Assembly (NCBI GenBank): GCA_009842675.1
Contig: VYEX01000064.1
Span: 2,155-66,154, forward strand
Direction of reading: 5' to 3'
Length of the DNA: 64,000 nt
Source: Acidimicrobiia bacterium
Lineage (GTDB): Bacteria > Actinomycetota > Acidimicrobiia > Acidimicrobiales > Bin134
Of the stretch, positions 46,323 through 56,120 are shown piece after piece (the stretch's first letter is position 1; the number at the start of each line of letters is the position of its first letter). A program made the translations under genes and the position numbers. The notes beneath the pieces were generated by a model, which had not been told where the DNA came from, did not search any database, and saw only the letters and a program-made list of their open reading frames with translations.

Positions 46323-47510
46323 ATGACCATGTTGACCGGCGAGTTGCTGGACTCGTTCGAGGACTCCATCACCGACGTGGCCACCGCAGTGACCCTTCCT
46401 CCTGAGATCTACACGTCCGAGGAGTTTCTGGCCTTCGAGCGTCTGGCGCTGTTCGAGCACGAATGGTGCTGCGTCGGGGTGGCCAGTCGCATTCCTGAAA
46501 CCGGTGACTGGTTCACCGCCACGGTCAGCACCGAGCCCATCATCGTGGCCCGCCAAAGGGACGGCAGCATCGCCGCATTCTCGGCCATCTGCCGCCACCG
46601 GGGCATGCAGGTGGCGGAGGGCGAGGGCAACAGCCGCTCGTTCCGGTGCCCGTATCACCACTGGAGCTATCGACTGGACGGTCGCCTGATGGGTGCCCCG
46701 GCGATGGAGCAAACCGAGGGATTCGAAAATGACGATTGGGGCCTGCCTAATTTGTCCGTGGAGCTGTGGCACGGGTTCATCTTCGTCAACTTCAACCCCG
46801 AAGCCCCTCCGCTGGCTCCCACCCTTGAGCGGTACGAGCCCTACCTGGCCAACTACGAACTCGACAACTGCGTGTGTCCGGGCACCTTCACCCTCGAAGA
46901 CCTGCCCTGGAACTGGAAGGTCATGTTCGAGAACTTCAACGACGGCTACCACGCCAACCGCCTCCACCAGGTGATCCAGGACTTCTGCCCCTCGGAGATG
47001 GCCCGATTCCCGGTGCCGTGGTCGGATGACTCCAACGTGATCTTCCGGGAGAACGGCTACACCCATATCGACGGCGGCTTCAACGCCACCCGCAAGGCCC
47101 TTCTGCCGGTGTTCCCCAAGCTCACCGAAGAAGAGCGGTGGCGGTCGACCTTCGCGCTGATCCCACCCACCCTGTGCTTTGGCACCGCTCCTGACATGGC
47201 GTTCTTCTTCATCGTGCGGCCCACCTCGGCCGAGACCATCGACGTGGAGATCGGCTACCTGCTGCATCCCACCTCGCTGGAGCACCCCATGTTCGACCAC
47301 TTGTTCCAGGCCAGCGACGACGGTGTGCAGATCTTCGTGGCCCAAGACCAAGACGCCACCACCAAGGTGCAGCGGGGCCTGCGGTCCCGATTTGCGGTGC
47401 GGGGACGGTACTCCTGGCAGGAGGAGTCCCATGTGCAATTCAACCGCTGGCTGGTGCAGCGCTACCGCCAGCACTGGCCAACAGGCACAGAATCTTCTGA
47501 CGGGGCATGA
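46323..47510 (+). CDS. Rieske [2Fe-2S] aromatic-ring-hydroxylating oxygenase alpha subunit
   Basis: CRHRG...CPYHHW Rieske motif. The internal ATG (MTMLTGELL) of track ORF 46110..47510 was used as the start. Confidence 0.85.
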   Translation: MTMLTGELLDSFEDSITDVATAVTLPPEIYTSEEFLAFERLALFEHEWCCVGVASRIPETGDWFTATVSTEPIIVARQRDGSIAAFSAICRHRGMQVAEGEGNSRSFRCPYHHWSYRLDGRLMGAPAMEQTEGFENDDWGLPNLSVELWHGFIFVNFNPEAPPLAPTLERYEPYLANYELDNCVCPGTFTLEDLPWNWKVMFENFNDGYHANRLHQVIQDFCPSEMARFPVPWSDDSNVIFRENGYTHIDGGFNATRKALLPVFPKLTEEERWRSTFALIPPTLCFGTAPDMAFFFIVRPTSAETIDVEIGYLLHPTSLEHPMFDHLFQASDDGVQIFVAQDQDATTKVQRGLRSRFAVRGRYSWQEESHVQFNRWLVQRYRQHWPTGTESSDGA

Positions 47511-47561
47511 TTAAGGCCCTGGATTGATCGACAAGAGATCGCCCAAACAGGAGGGGAATCC

Positions 47562-48845
47562 ATGACCAAGCGAACTGACGGCCGACTAAGGCTCTTGATG
47601 GTGCTGGCAGCGCTGCTGTCAGTGCTGGCCCTAGTGGCCGCCGGCTGTGGGAACGACGACGATGACGACGGGGGCGCGGCGGTCGAAGCGCCTGCTCCGG
47701 AGCCGATGGACGACGAGCCCATGGACGAAGAGCCGATGGACGACGAACCAGAACCCGAACCGGAGCCGATGGACGACGAACCAGAACCCGAACCGGAGCC
47801 GATGGACGACGAAGCAGAACCCGAGCCTACTGAGCCGCCGATGGTCACGGAACTGCAAGCGTTGTTGGACACCTTCGACGCCAACGGCGACGGCACCCTC
47901 ACCATCGGGGTGGCGGCCGCCGGGCCTCGCGACGACCAGGGCTACTACCAGTCGCTGGTTGACTTCGCCGAGGAGTTCTCCGCTGAGAACGGGTTCGCCC
48001 CACCCATCGTGAGCGACAACATCGGCGCTGCCGAGGCTGCCCAGGCGATGTCCGATCTGGCATCGCAAGGAGTGGACATAATTTTTGTCGGAGCTAGCGA
48101 GATTGCCGAGCCACTGCCCGACCTCACCGCGCAGTACCCCGACATCTTCTGGTACTGCAACTGTGGGGCCGGGTTTGAAGGGGAAACTTCCGGATTTGCC
48201 CAGGCCAACGACTGGGGGTCGGCCATTCACTACACCGCGGGCGTGGCCATGGGAGCGGCGTTGCAGGATCACGGCGGAGATACCGCGGTGTTCTTGGGCT
48301 GCTGCGACCTCGGCTTCGAGAAAGAGGCATATAACGCCACTGTGTATGGTCTCCAGTCGGTGGACCCGTCGTTCACCATGGAGTACGTGGCCACCGGCGC
48401 CTTCCCGTTCGACTTCGACAACTCGGCCAACGCCACTGCCGCACTCACAAACGCTATCGCCGAAGGCGCCACCTTGGCCTATGCCTATCTGGGCGGGGCG
48501 CTGAACCCGGTTGGCCAGCTGGCCACCGACGAGGGGATCGCAGTATTCGCTGCCGGTCCCGCCGACATCTGCTCCCGCGATGACGGGATAGAATGGACGG
48601 GAAGCATCGTGTTTGACGGCGGGCGATACGCCCTGCAAGTGCTACCTCGTATCATCTCCGGTGACCTTACTGAAGGATCTACCTATACGTTCCCAACCGA
48701 ACGTGGGCTCAACGGCGGCGAGTTGTGCAACCCGTCAACGGCGGCCGAAGCGCTGCTGGCTGATGCCTTCGAAGCGGTTGCCACCGATGTAGAATTGGAA
48801 GGCGTGCTCGGCGGGATCACCGGCGAGGCTTTCGGCGGCGGGTGA
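47562..48845 (+). CDS. BMP-family ABC transporter substrate-binding lipoprotein
   Basis: Lipobox LVAAGC, acidic repeat linker, then LTIGVAAAGPRDDQGYYQS. Confidence 0.75.
   Translation: MTKRTDGRLRLLMVLAALLSVLALVAAGCGNDDDDDGGAAVEAPAPEPMDDEPMDEEPMDDEPEPEPEPMDDEPEPEPEPMDDEAEPEPTEPPMVTELQALLDTFDANGDGTLTIGVAAAGPRDDQGYYQSLVDFAEEFSAENGFAPPIVSDNIGAAEAAQAMSDLASQGVDIIFVGASEIAEPLPDLTAQYPDIFWYCNCGAGFEGETSGFAQANDWGSAIHYTAGVAMGAALQDHGGDTAVFLGCCDLGFEKEAYNATVYGLQSVDPSFTMEYVATGAFPFDFDNSANATAALTNAIAEGATLAYAYLGGALNPVGQLATDEGIAVFAAGPADICSRDDGIEWTGSIVFDGGRYALQVLPRIISGDLTEGSTYTFPTERGLNGGELCNPSTAAEALLADAFEAVATDVELEGVLGGITGEAFGGG
47700..47828 (+). repeat. 33-bp in-frame tandem repeat (about 3 to 4 copies) encoding EPMDDEPEPEP
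   Basis: Units begin at 47730, 47763 and 47796 (GAGCCGATGGACGACGAACCAGAACCCGAACCG). A degenerate copy starts at 47700. Confidence 0.85.
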
Positions 48846-50503
48846 CCGACGCAACGACCGAATTGACAGGTGCCGGGGGGTCTGACCCCTCGGTGCCTGC
48901 GGTCGAACTTGTCGGCATCACCAAGCGCTTTGGGGGGATCATCGCCTGCGATCAGGTTGATCTGACCCTGCACCGGGGCCGCATCCACGGCATTTTGGGC
49001 GAGAACGGCGCCGGCAAGTCCACGCTGATGAAGGTGCTCATCGGCCTTGTGCTGCCCGACGCCGGCTCGGTCCGCATCGACGGCCAGCCCCGCACCATTC
49101 ACGATCCCCTGGCCGCGGCTGCCCTGGGCATTGCCATGGTTCACCAGCACTTCAGCCTGGTCGACCAGCTCTCGGTGTGGGAGAACGTCGCCCTTGGCGA
49201 GGAGGGTCGGCTGAAGTCGGGGGGAGTGCGCGACCGGGTGGCGGCCATCAGCCAGCAGTACGGCCTGGAGATCGATCCTGACGCCCGAGTGGGCGAACTC
49301 ACCGCCGGGCTGCGCCAACGGGTGGAGATCATCAAGTGCCTGCGCCGCGACCCCCACATCCTGGTGTTCGACGAGCCCACCTCGGTGCTCACCCCCGAGG
49401 AGTCGGAGCAGCTTTTCGGCACGCTGAGAGAGGTGGTGGCCGCTGAAGGCCGAGCCGTCGTGCTGGTCAGCCACAAGCTGGACGAGGTGCTGCACGCCAC
49501 CGACGAGATCACCATCATGCGCCAAGGCCGGGTGGTGGATCACCGGCCCACCCAAGAAGCCGACGCCCGCAGTCTGGCCCGGGCCATGGTGGGCCGAGAG
49601 GTGTCTCTGCGCTCGGAGCGGGCCGCCTTCGGGCTGGCTGACATCGAGGAGGCTGAGGAGGCTAACCAGGAAGCCGAAGTCGGTTTTCGTGCAGATATCG
49701 ACAAGGCGACCGATGTAGACGCAGAGGACTGGCAGCCGGCGGGGGTAACGAAGTCGGATGAGCCGGTCATGCGGATTGAGGGAGTCTCGGTGCGGGGCCG
49801 GGGCGGAGCCCGGCTGCTGGACGACATCAGCCTGGATCTTCGTGCCGGTGAGATCGTGGGCGTGGCTGGCGTAGAGGGCAACGGTCAGCGCACGCTGGGC
49901 GATCTGCTATCCAGCCTCGTTCGGCTGAACACCGGCCGTGTGGTGGTCAACGACAAAGAGGTGCCCACCGGCTCTCCCGGTGCCATGGCCAAGGCCGGGG
50001 TGGCGGTGATCCCCGAAGACCGCCACGACTCCGGCGTGGTCTTGGACATGACGGTGGCCGAGAACCTGCTCATGGTGGACCCTCACCGGGTGGCCCGCCA
50101 CGGTGTCATGGACAAGGCTCAGACCACCGAGCTGGCCCAGAAGATGATCGAGGAATTCGACATCGGCTGTTCCGGCCCCGATGCCCCGCTCTGGTCGCTA
50201 TCGGGCGGCAACCAGCAGCGGGTGGTGCTGGCCCGCGAACTGGCCGCCGAACCCGATGTGCTGATAGCGGCGCAGCCCACCCGGGGACTGGATGTGGGGG
50301 CCATCGAGTACATGACCGATCGGCTGCGCCAGACGGCGATTGACGGTGTGGCCGTGCTGTTGATCTCCAGCGAGCTGGAGGAGATCCTCGATCTGGCCGA
50401 CCGCATCGTGGTCATGTCTCGGGGCCGTATTGTTGGTGAGCTCTCCCACGACGACGCCAACCTCGAAACCCTCGGATTGCTGATGGGCGGTAGCGAGGCA
50501 TGA
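48842..50503 (+). CDS. ABC transporter ATP-binding protein (duplicated NBD)
   Basis: Contains GENGAGKST, LSAGLRQR-type signature motifs and a second LSGGNQQR signature. GTG start overlaps the upstream stop. Confidence 0.9.
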   Translation: MTDATTELTGAGGSDPSVPAVELVGITKRFGGIIACDQVDLTLHRGRIHGILGENGAGKSTLMKVLIGLVLPDAGSVRIDGQPRTIHDPLAAAALGIAMVHQHFSLVDQLSVWENVALGEEGRLKSGGVRDRVAAISQQYGLEIDPDARVGELTAGLRQRVEIIKCLRRDPHILVFDEPTSVLTPEESEQLFGTLREVVAAEGRAVVLVSHKLDEVLHATDEITIMRQGRVVDHRPTQEADARSLARAMVGREVSLRSERAAFGLADIEEAEEANQEAEVGFRADIDKATDVDAEDWQPAGVTKSDEPVMRIEGVSVRGRGGARLLDDISLDLRAGEIVGVAGVEGNGQRTLGDLLSSLVRLNTGRVVVNDKEVPTGSPGAMAKAGVAVIPEDRHDSGVVLDMTVAENLLMVDPHRVARHGVMDKAQTTELAQKMIEEFDIGCSGPDAPLWSLSGGNQQRVVLARELAAEPDVLIAAQPTRGLDVGAIEYMTDRLRQTAIDGVAVLLISSELEEILDLADRIVVMSRGRIVGELSHDDANLETLGLLMGGSEA

Positions 50504-51591
50504 CGAGGGGGGCGCGGCTGACTGAGTGGGTGGCCCTTTACGCCCTCAGCGTTGCCGTGGCCCTGGCCCTGGCCAGCGTGATTGTGGAGGCCACGGGGGG
50601 CGACTGGTGGCCGGTGGTGGAGGCCCTGGTGGACGGCAGCATTCTGGCGCCCGGCCGGTGGGGAGGGACTCTGGGCATCGCGGCACCCCTGCTCTTGGTG
50701 GCCTTGGGCACGGTGATCTCGTCCAAAGCCGGCTTGATCAACATCGGCCAAGAGGGCCAACTGCTGGTCGGTGCGGCAGTGGCGGTGTATTTCAGCTTCC
50801 TTATCGGCGGACCCGGCCCGCTGAACGTGGTGCTGTTGCTGCTCTTCGGTGCTCTGGGCGGGGCGGCGTGGGCTTCCATATCCGGACTGCTGCGCTTCTG
50901 GCGGGGGGTGCCTGAGGTACTGAGCACCCTGCTGTTGGTGTTTGTTGCCCTTCAAGCGGTGGGTTACGGCCTGAAGTGGCAGTGGTTGCTGCTGGCCGAC
51001 GAGGCCAGTCGGGGAAACCGGAATCTGGTGAGCGAGCAGCTGGCCAAAGACAACCGGATCCCTCGTCCCGACATATTCGGCAATGAGTTCCCCATCACCG
51101 TCTATGTGGCGTTGGCCCTGGCTTTGGCGGTGGCTTACGTGCTGGCCCGCACGGTGTGGGGCTTTCGGCTGCGAATGCTGGGCCACAATCCCCGGGCCGC
51201 CCAGCGAGCCGGGGTGTCGTCCACGGTCTACGGAGCGACCGCCCTGGCCATTGGCGGAGCCTTTGCCGGATTGGCCGGAGCGGCCATGTTCGCCGGCGGT
51301 GGCTTCTCGTTCGGCAACTTCCGGCTGGTGCCCGGATTCTCCGACAACATTGGTTGGACCGGACTGCTAGTGGCCCTGTTGGCCCGAGAGCGGGCGTTGC
51401 CCGCAGTGGTGGCCGCCTTCGTTTTCGCGGGTTTGCGGAACGGGGCCGGCTTTGTGAATAGCACGGGGGTGGAGAGCCGCATCACCGATGTGGTGCAGGG
51501 TCTCTTGGTGCTGGCCCTTCTGGTTCCTCCCGCGGTGGTCTTCCTGCGGGATCGTCGTCGGGCCCGAGCTGCGGCTACCGAGAGGGTGTGA
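50500..51591 (+). CDS. ABC transporter permease
   Basis: 363 aa, multi-TM. Translationally coupled to the ATPase. Confidence 0.8.
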   Translation: MTRGARLTEWVALYALSVAVALALASVIVEATGGDWWPVVEALVDGSILAPGRWGGTLGIAAPLLLVALGTVISSKAGLINIGQEGQLLVGAAVAVYFSFLIGGPGPLNVVLLLLFGALGGAAWASISGLLRFWRGVPEVLSTLLLVFVALQAVGYGLKWQWLLLADEASRGNRNLVSEQLAKDNRIPRPDIFGNEFPITVYVALALALAVAYVLARTVWGFRLRMLGHNPRAAQRAGVSSTVYGATALAIGGAFAGLAGAAMFAGGGFSFGNFRLVPGFSDNIGWTGLLVALLARERALPAVVAAFVFAGLRNGAGFVNSTGVESRITDVVQGLLVLALLVPPAVVFLRDRRRARAAATERV

Positions 51592-51595
51592 TGTT

Positions 51596-52534
51596 GTGCT
51601 GATTGACTTCTTCACCGCGGTGGGCGATGTGCTGTCCAGTGAGTCCACCTACATCAATGGAGCGCTGTTTGCCGCGCTGCTGGCCTACGCAGCCACTGGG
51701 GAGTGGGTGGCAGAGCGCTCGGGAACCTTGAACATCTCGGTGGAGGGGATGCTGTTGAGCGGGGCCTTCGCGGGGATTCTGGGGTATCACATCTCGGACT
51801 TGATCGTGGTGGGCCTGGTCTTCGGCGTGATCGGCGGAATGCTTATCGCCGCAGTGCAGGCCGAGATGAGCCACCGCCTCAGCGCCGACCAATTCGTGGT
51901 CGGCCTTACCCTCAACATTTTGGTGTTCGGCTTGGTTGGATTCCTGGATCGAGAAATCGAGCCCCAAGCCCTACGGGCCTCAACGGTGGAGATTCCAGTT
52001 CTGGTAGACATCCCCCTGATCGGACAAGCGCTGTTCGGGGAGCCGTGGCCGTTCTACCTCCTCTATGTGCTGGTGCCGGTGTCGTGGTGGCTGGTGTACC
52101 GCACCCGTTGGGGGTTGGAGCTGCGGGCCGCGGGGGAGAATCCCCAGTCGGCCGATGTCAGCGGCATCGACGTAAACCGCCGCCGCCGCCAATCGATTTA
52201 CTATGCCGGGTTCACGTCCGGGCTGGGTGGGGCCTATTTCTTGTTCGCTCGGATCGCTGCGTTCGACGATTCCGTTATCGGCGGCCAGGGATTCATCGCC
52301 ATCGCCGCGGTGATCTTCGGCGGCTGGACGCTGTGGGGCACCATGGCGGGCTGCGTGTTGTTCGCCGGGGCCCTCTCGTTCCAGTTGTCGCTGCAAGGGC
52401 TGGGCTACGAGCTCAACACCGAGCTGTTGCAGGCCCTGCCTTATCTGGTCACCATCGGGGCCATGGCCATTTTCGCCAAACGAGTTCGACCGCCCGCTGC
52501 TTTGGCCCGACCGTTCATCCGCGGTCTCAAATAG
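51596..52534 (+). CDS. ABC transporter permease
   Basis: GTG start 5 nt after the upstream stop (VLIDFFTAV...). The part of the track ORF upstream of this start overlaps the preceding permease. Confidence 0.8.
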   Translation: MLIDFFTAVGDVLSSESTYINGALFAALLAYAATGEWVAERSGTLNISVEGMLLSGAFAGILGYHISDLIVVGLVFGVIGGMLIAAVQAEMSHRLSADQFVVGLTLNILVFGLVGFLDREIEPQALRASTVEIPVLVDIPLIGQALFGEPWPFYLLYVLVPVSWWLVYRTRWGLELRAAGENPQSADVSGIDVNRRRRQSIYYAGFTSGLGGAYFLFARIAAFDDSVIGGQGFIAIAAVIFGGWTLWGTMAGCVLFAGALSFQLSLQGLGYELNTELLQALPYLVTIGAMAIFAKRVRPPAALARPFIRGLK

Positions 52535-52560
52535 ACAGGCCGAGACGAAGGAGAACGGCG

Positions 52561-53595
52561 ATGAAGGCGATGCGATACCACGAGCCCGGCGGACCCGAGG
52601 TGCTCTGCTACGAGGAGGTGCCCGACCCCGAGCCCGGCCCGGTGGACGTGGTGGTGGACGTGGTGGCCACCGCGCTCAACCGACTGGACGTGGTGCAGCG
52701 CAATGGTTGGTTCACCATGCCCGGCTTCACCCTCCCCCACATTGCCGGCATGGATGTGGCCGGGGTGGTCTCGGAGGTGGGCTCTGAGGTTGATGGGATT
52801 GCCGTGGGCGACCGTGTAGTGGTGGACCCGTCGCTGGCCGGGGTGGACGATCGCTCCAAGTTGGGCGGCCGGGGCGATCTCTATGGGGAGCTGGGCATCA
52901 TCGGGGCCACGGTCGACGGGGGCTACGCCGAGCGTTGCCTGGTGCCGGCCTCGCACGTCTACCCAGTGCCCCACGCCATGTCGCTGGAGGCGGCCGCCAC
53001 CTTCCCCACCTGCTACCTCACCGCCGCCCACGGGCTGTTCGAGGTAGGCGGCCTTGCCGCAGACGAGACGGTGATGATCCATGCGGCCGGGTCGGGAGTA
53101 TCGGTGGCCGCCATCCAGTTTGCCGTGAATGCCGGTGCCACCGTGCTGGCCACCGCAGGCACCGACGAAAAGTGCCAGCGGGCTCTTGAGCTGGGGGCCT
53201 CCCATGCGCTGAACAATCGGACCGGTGATGTGACCGCTTGGGCTCGGGAGCTGACCGCCGGAGCGGGGGTGGACATGGTGTTCGACCACGTGGGAACAGC
53301 GTTGTTCGGCCCGTCGCTGTTCGCGTTGAGAATCGGCGGTCGGTTGGTGAACTGCGGCAATTCCTCCGGCGACGAGGCGGTCATCCCGTCGCTGGGCTAC
53401 TTGTACCACTCCGGCATCAAGATCCTGGGTTCCGATCCCTATCGCCCCGAAGAGTTCGGCCCGGCATGGGAGACCTTTTGCGCCGACGGTTTCACTGCCG
53501 CGGTCGATTCGGTGTTCGATTTGGCCGACGCCGCCGACGCCCAGGCCAAGATGCTGGCCAGCGACTTCTTCGGCAAGATCCTGCTGAAGCCCTGA
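52561..53595 (+). CDS. zinc-type alcohol dehydrogenase / quinone oxidoreductase family protein
   Basis: MKAMRYHEPGGPEVL... and AAGSGVSVAAIQFA Rossmann motif. The internal ATG of track ORF 51703..53595 was used as the start. Confidence 0.85.
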   Translation: MKAMRYHEPGGPEVLCYEEVPDPEPGPVDVVVDVVATALNRLDVVQRNGWFTMPGFTLPHIAGMDVAGVVSEVGSEVDGIAVGDRVVVDPSLAGVDDRSKLGGRGDLYGELGIIGATVDGGYAERCLVPASHVYPVPHAMSLEAAATFPTCYLTAAHGLFEVGGLAADETVMIHAAGSGVSVAAIQFAVNAGATVLATAGTDEKCQRALELGASHALNNRTGDVTAWARELTAGAGVDMVFDHVGTALFGPSLFALRIGGRLVNCGNSSGDEAVIPSLGYLYHSGIKILGSDPYRPEEFGPAWETFCADGFTAAVDSVFDLADAADAQAKMLASDFFGKILLKP

Positions 53596-53619
53596 TTCAA
53601 GGCGAGATGCGGAGCCAAA

Positions 53620-54732
53620 GTGGCTGATTCCCCGTATCCCGAACTGAAGAAGTCGCATGTTCCCGAGCGTGTGGGCCGCCCCTGGACCGACTACAAGCCC
53701 CCACCGTCGGCCCCAGTGTGGGCGGTGATCAGCGGTTTCGGCTCGTTTCACGTATTGGCGGCGGCCCTTGAGCTAGGGGTGTTCGACGCATTGGCCGACA
53801 GGGGGGCAACTCCCGGAATTCCCCCTACGGTGACCGCCGAAGAACTGGCAGAGGAATTGGAGGCGTCGTCTCCTCACTTGGAGGCCCTTCTCGACTCCCT
53901 GGCGGTGCTCGGGTTGTTGGAACGAGTGGGTGGCCGATACGGCCTGAACGACACTGCGGCCCGCTATCTGACCACCGACGGAGCGGCGTCGATGGCTTCG
54001 CTGGTGCCAGTGGCTCCCGGCCCGCTGGGCAATTGGTCCCGGTTGGCCGACACCATCCGGGCGGGCCAGCCTGCCGAGCCGATCGACGACGACCCGGCCG
54101 ATTTCTACCGACCCCTGGTGGAGGGCACGTTCACCACCATGCTCCGGGCCGCCACCCGGGCCGACTTCCAGGTGCGCTACAGCGCCCTGGAATCCCCTCG
54201 AGTGCTGGATCTGGGGGCTGGCGGCGCGCCGTGGGCCATCGCCGTGCTCAAGGCCTGCCCCGGGGCTACCGCGGTAATCAACGACCTCGACGGAGTGATA
54301 GACGTGGCCCAGCGCACCACCGCCGAATACGGCGTGGCCGACCGCTGCGAGTTCCGCCCCGGCGACTTCCACACCATCGAAATCGAATCCGAGGGTTACG
54401 ACATCGTGGTGCTAGGCCATGTCTGCCGCACCGAAGGCCCCAGCGGCGCCCAACAACTCATCGCCCGAGCAGTCGATGCGCTGCGCCCCGAGGGACGACT
54501 GCTACTGGCCGACTACTTTGTGGCCCCCGAGCCCCAGTGGAGCCCCCACAGCGTGCTCATGGGCATGACCATGATGGCCAGCACCATCAACGGCTTCGGC
54601 ATCACCGCCGCCCAAGTCGCCGAATGGCTGGCGGAAACAGGCTTTGAAGCGATCCGCCTAATAGAACCCATTGGTCATCAATACGCATACGTTGCCACCA
54701 AGTCCCGCCGACCTCCAGGAGGATCACTATGA
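53620..54732 (+). CDS. class I SAM-dependent (O-)methyltransferase with N-terminal dimerisation/wHTH domain
   Basis: VLDLGAGGAPWAIAV SAM motif. GTG start. Confidence 0.7.
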   Translation: MADSPYPELKKSHVPERVGRPWTDYKPPPSAPVWAVISGFGSFHVLAAALELGVFDALADRGATPGIPPTVTAEELAEELEASSPHLEALLDSLAVLGLLERVGGRYGLNDTAARYLTTDGAASMASLVPVAPGPLGNWSRLADTIRAGQPAEPIDDDPADFYRPLVEGTFTTMLRAATRADFQVRYSALESPRVLDLGAGGAPWAIAVLKACPGATAVINDLDGVIDVAQRTTAEYGVADRCEFRPGDFHTIEIESEGYDIVVLGHVCRTEGPSGAQQLIARAVDALRPEGRLLLADYFVAPEPQWSPHSVLMGMTMMASTINGFGITAAQVAEWLAETGFEAIRLIEPIGHQYAYVATKSRRPPGGSL

Positions 54733-56117
54733 CCGAGCACATAGACACGCTGATCAAGGGCTGGTACGTGGTCACCATGAACCCGACCCGCGACATCATC
54801 AGGCATGGCGCGGTGGCCGTCCGCGGCAACCAGATCGTCGATGTGGGCAAAGCCTCCGACCTGGAGGCCCGCTACCAGGCGGCCGAGACGGTGGGCGGCG
54901 ACCGGTTCGTGGTCACCCCGGGGCTGGTCAACACCCACATCCACATCACCGGCGAGCCCCTCACCAGGGGCTATGTGCCTGACGACACCCCGTTCGAGGA
55001 GAACGTGTTTCAGTGGCTGTGCCCGCTTTATTCGGTTTACACCGCCGAGGAGGAGCGACTGTCAGGCCAACTCGCCGCGGTGGAGATGCTCAAGTCGGGT
55101 ACTACCTGCTTCTTGGAGGCGGGCACGACCCGCTTCGTCGACGAGGTGATAGACGGCTTGGACGAAGCCGGCATCCGGGGCCGCATTGGCAAGTGGGTGT
55201 GGGATCTGCCGCCCGAGCCCAGCGTGTACCGCCAGGACACCGACGAGGCCATCGCCAACCTGCGCGACACCGTCGAGCGGTTCAAGGGCGCGGCGGGGGG
55301 AAGGCTGGGGGCATGGTCGATGGTGGTGGGCCACACCACCTGCTCTGACCCCCTGTGGCAGGCCGCCCGGGCCACCGCCGATGAATTCGAGGTGGGACTC
55401 AGCTTCCACATGTCTCCGGCCACGTTGGATCCCGATACCTTCATAGCTGCGTTCGGCCAGCGGCCCATGGTGCACCTCCATGAGCTGGGGGTGCTGGGCG
55501 ACGACACCGCCATCACCCATTGCGTGCACGTCGATGACCAGGAGATCCAGCTTCTGGCCGGGGCGGGATCGACAGTGGTCCACTGCCCAACCACCGCGCT
55601 GAAGGTGAGCTACGGCGTTACCCAGATCGGCAAGATGCCCGAGATGGTCACCTCCGGGGTGAACGTGAGCCTGGGCACCGACGGGAACAACGCCTCCAAC
55701 TACTCCGATCTGATGCGGGCCACCTATCTGGTGGCTGGGCTGTTCAAAGACGCTCGCATGGACCCGCAGATGTTCCCCGCTGAGAAGGCCTACGAGATGG
55801 CCACGTTGGGCGGGGCACGCACCATGCTGATGGAGGATCAGATCGGTTCGCTGGAGCCGGGCAAGCTGGCCGACGTGGTGATGCACGACGCCGACCGACC
55901 GGAGTGGCGTCCCCTCCTCAACGTGATGAACCAGCTCGTGTGGTCAGCCGACGGCCGGGGCGTTCACACCGTGTTCGTAGACGGTCAGAAGGTGGTGGAG
56001 GGTGGCCGCATGACCACCATCGACGAAGACACCCTCTACGCCCGTTGTCAAGAGGCCGGAGAGGCCGTGGTGGGACGCTCCGGTCTTCCCGACAAGGCGA
56101 AGTTCCCCGTCTGGTAG
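54729..56117 (+). CDS. amidohydrolase (cytosine/guanine deaminase / chlorohydrolase-like)
   Basis: GLVNTHIHI metal-binding motif. Also HCVH and GTDG. Confidence 0.8.
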   Translation: MTEHIDTLIKGWYVVTMNPTRDIIRHGAVAVRGNQIVDVGKASDLEARYQAAETVGGDRFVVTPGLVNTHIHITGEPLTRGYVPDDTPFEENVFQWLCPLYSVYTAEEERLSGQLAAVEMLKSGTTCFLEAGTTRFVDEVIDGLDEAGIRGRIGKWVWDLPPEPSVYRQDTDEAIANLRDTVERFKGAAGGRLGAWSMVVGHTTCSDPLWQAARATADEFEVGLSFHMSPATLDPDTFIAAFGQRPMVHLHELGVLGDDTAITHCVHVDDQEIQLLAGAGSTVVHCPTTALKVSYGVTQIGKMPEMVTSGVNVSLGTDGNNASNYSDLMRATYLVAGLFKDARMDPQMFPAEKAYEMATLGGARTMLMEDQIGSLEPGKLADVVMHDADRPEWRPLLNVMNQLVWSADGRGVHTVFVDGQKVVEGGRMTTIDEDTLYARCQEAGEAVVGRSGLPDKAKFPVW

Positions 56118-56120
56118 GGG

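Noticed and set aside
47700-47828. Regularly spaced repeats considered as a possible CRISPR array, together with the 14010..14282 repeats.
   Set aside because: The repeats are contiguous, in frame, and lie inside lipoprotein genes where they encode linker peptides. There are no unique spacers and no cas genes.
51703-52560. N-terminal 286 aa of the 630-aa track ORF 51703..53595.
   Set aside because: This part is an out-of-frame read across the second permease gene. The dehydrogenase begins at the ATG at 52561, which has GGAGAA upstream. Comparable 5' over-extensions were trimmed at 35573, 43093, 44663, 46110 and 51488.
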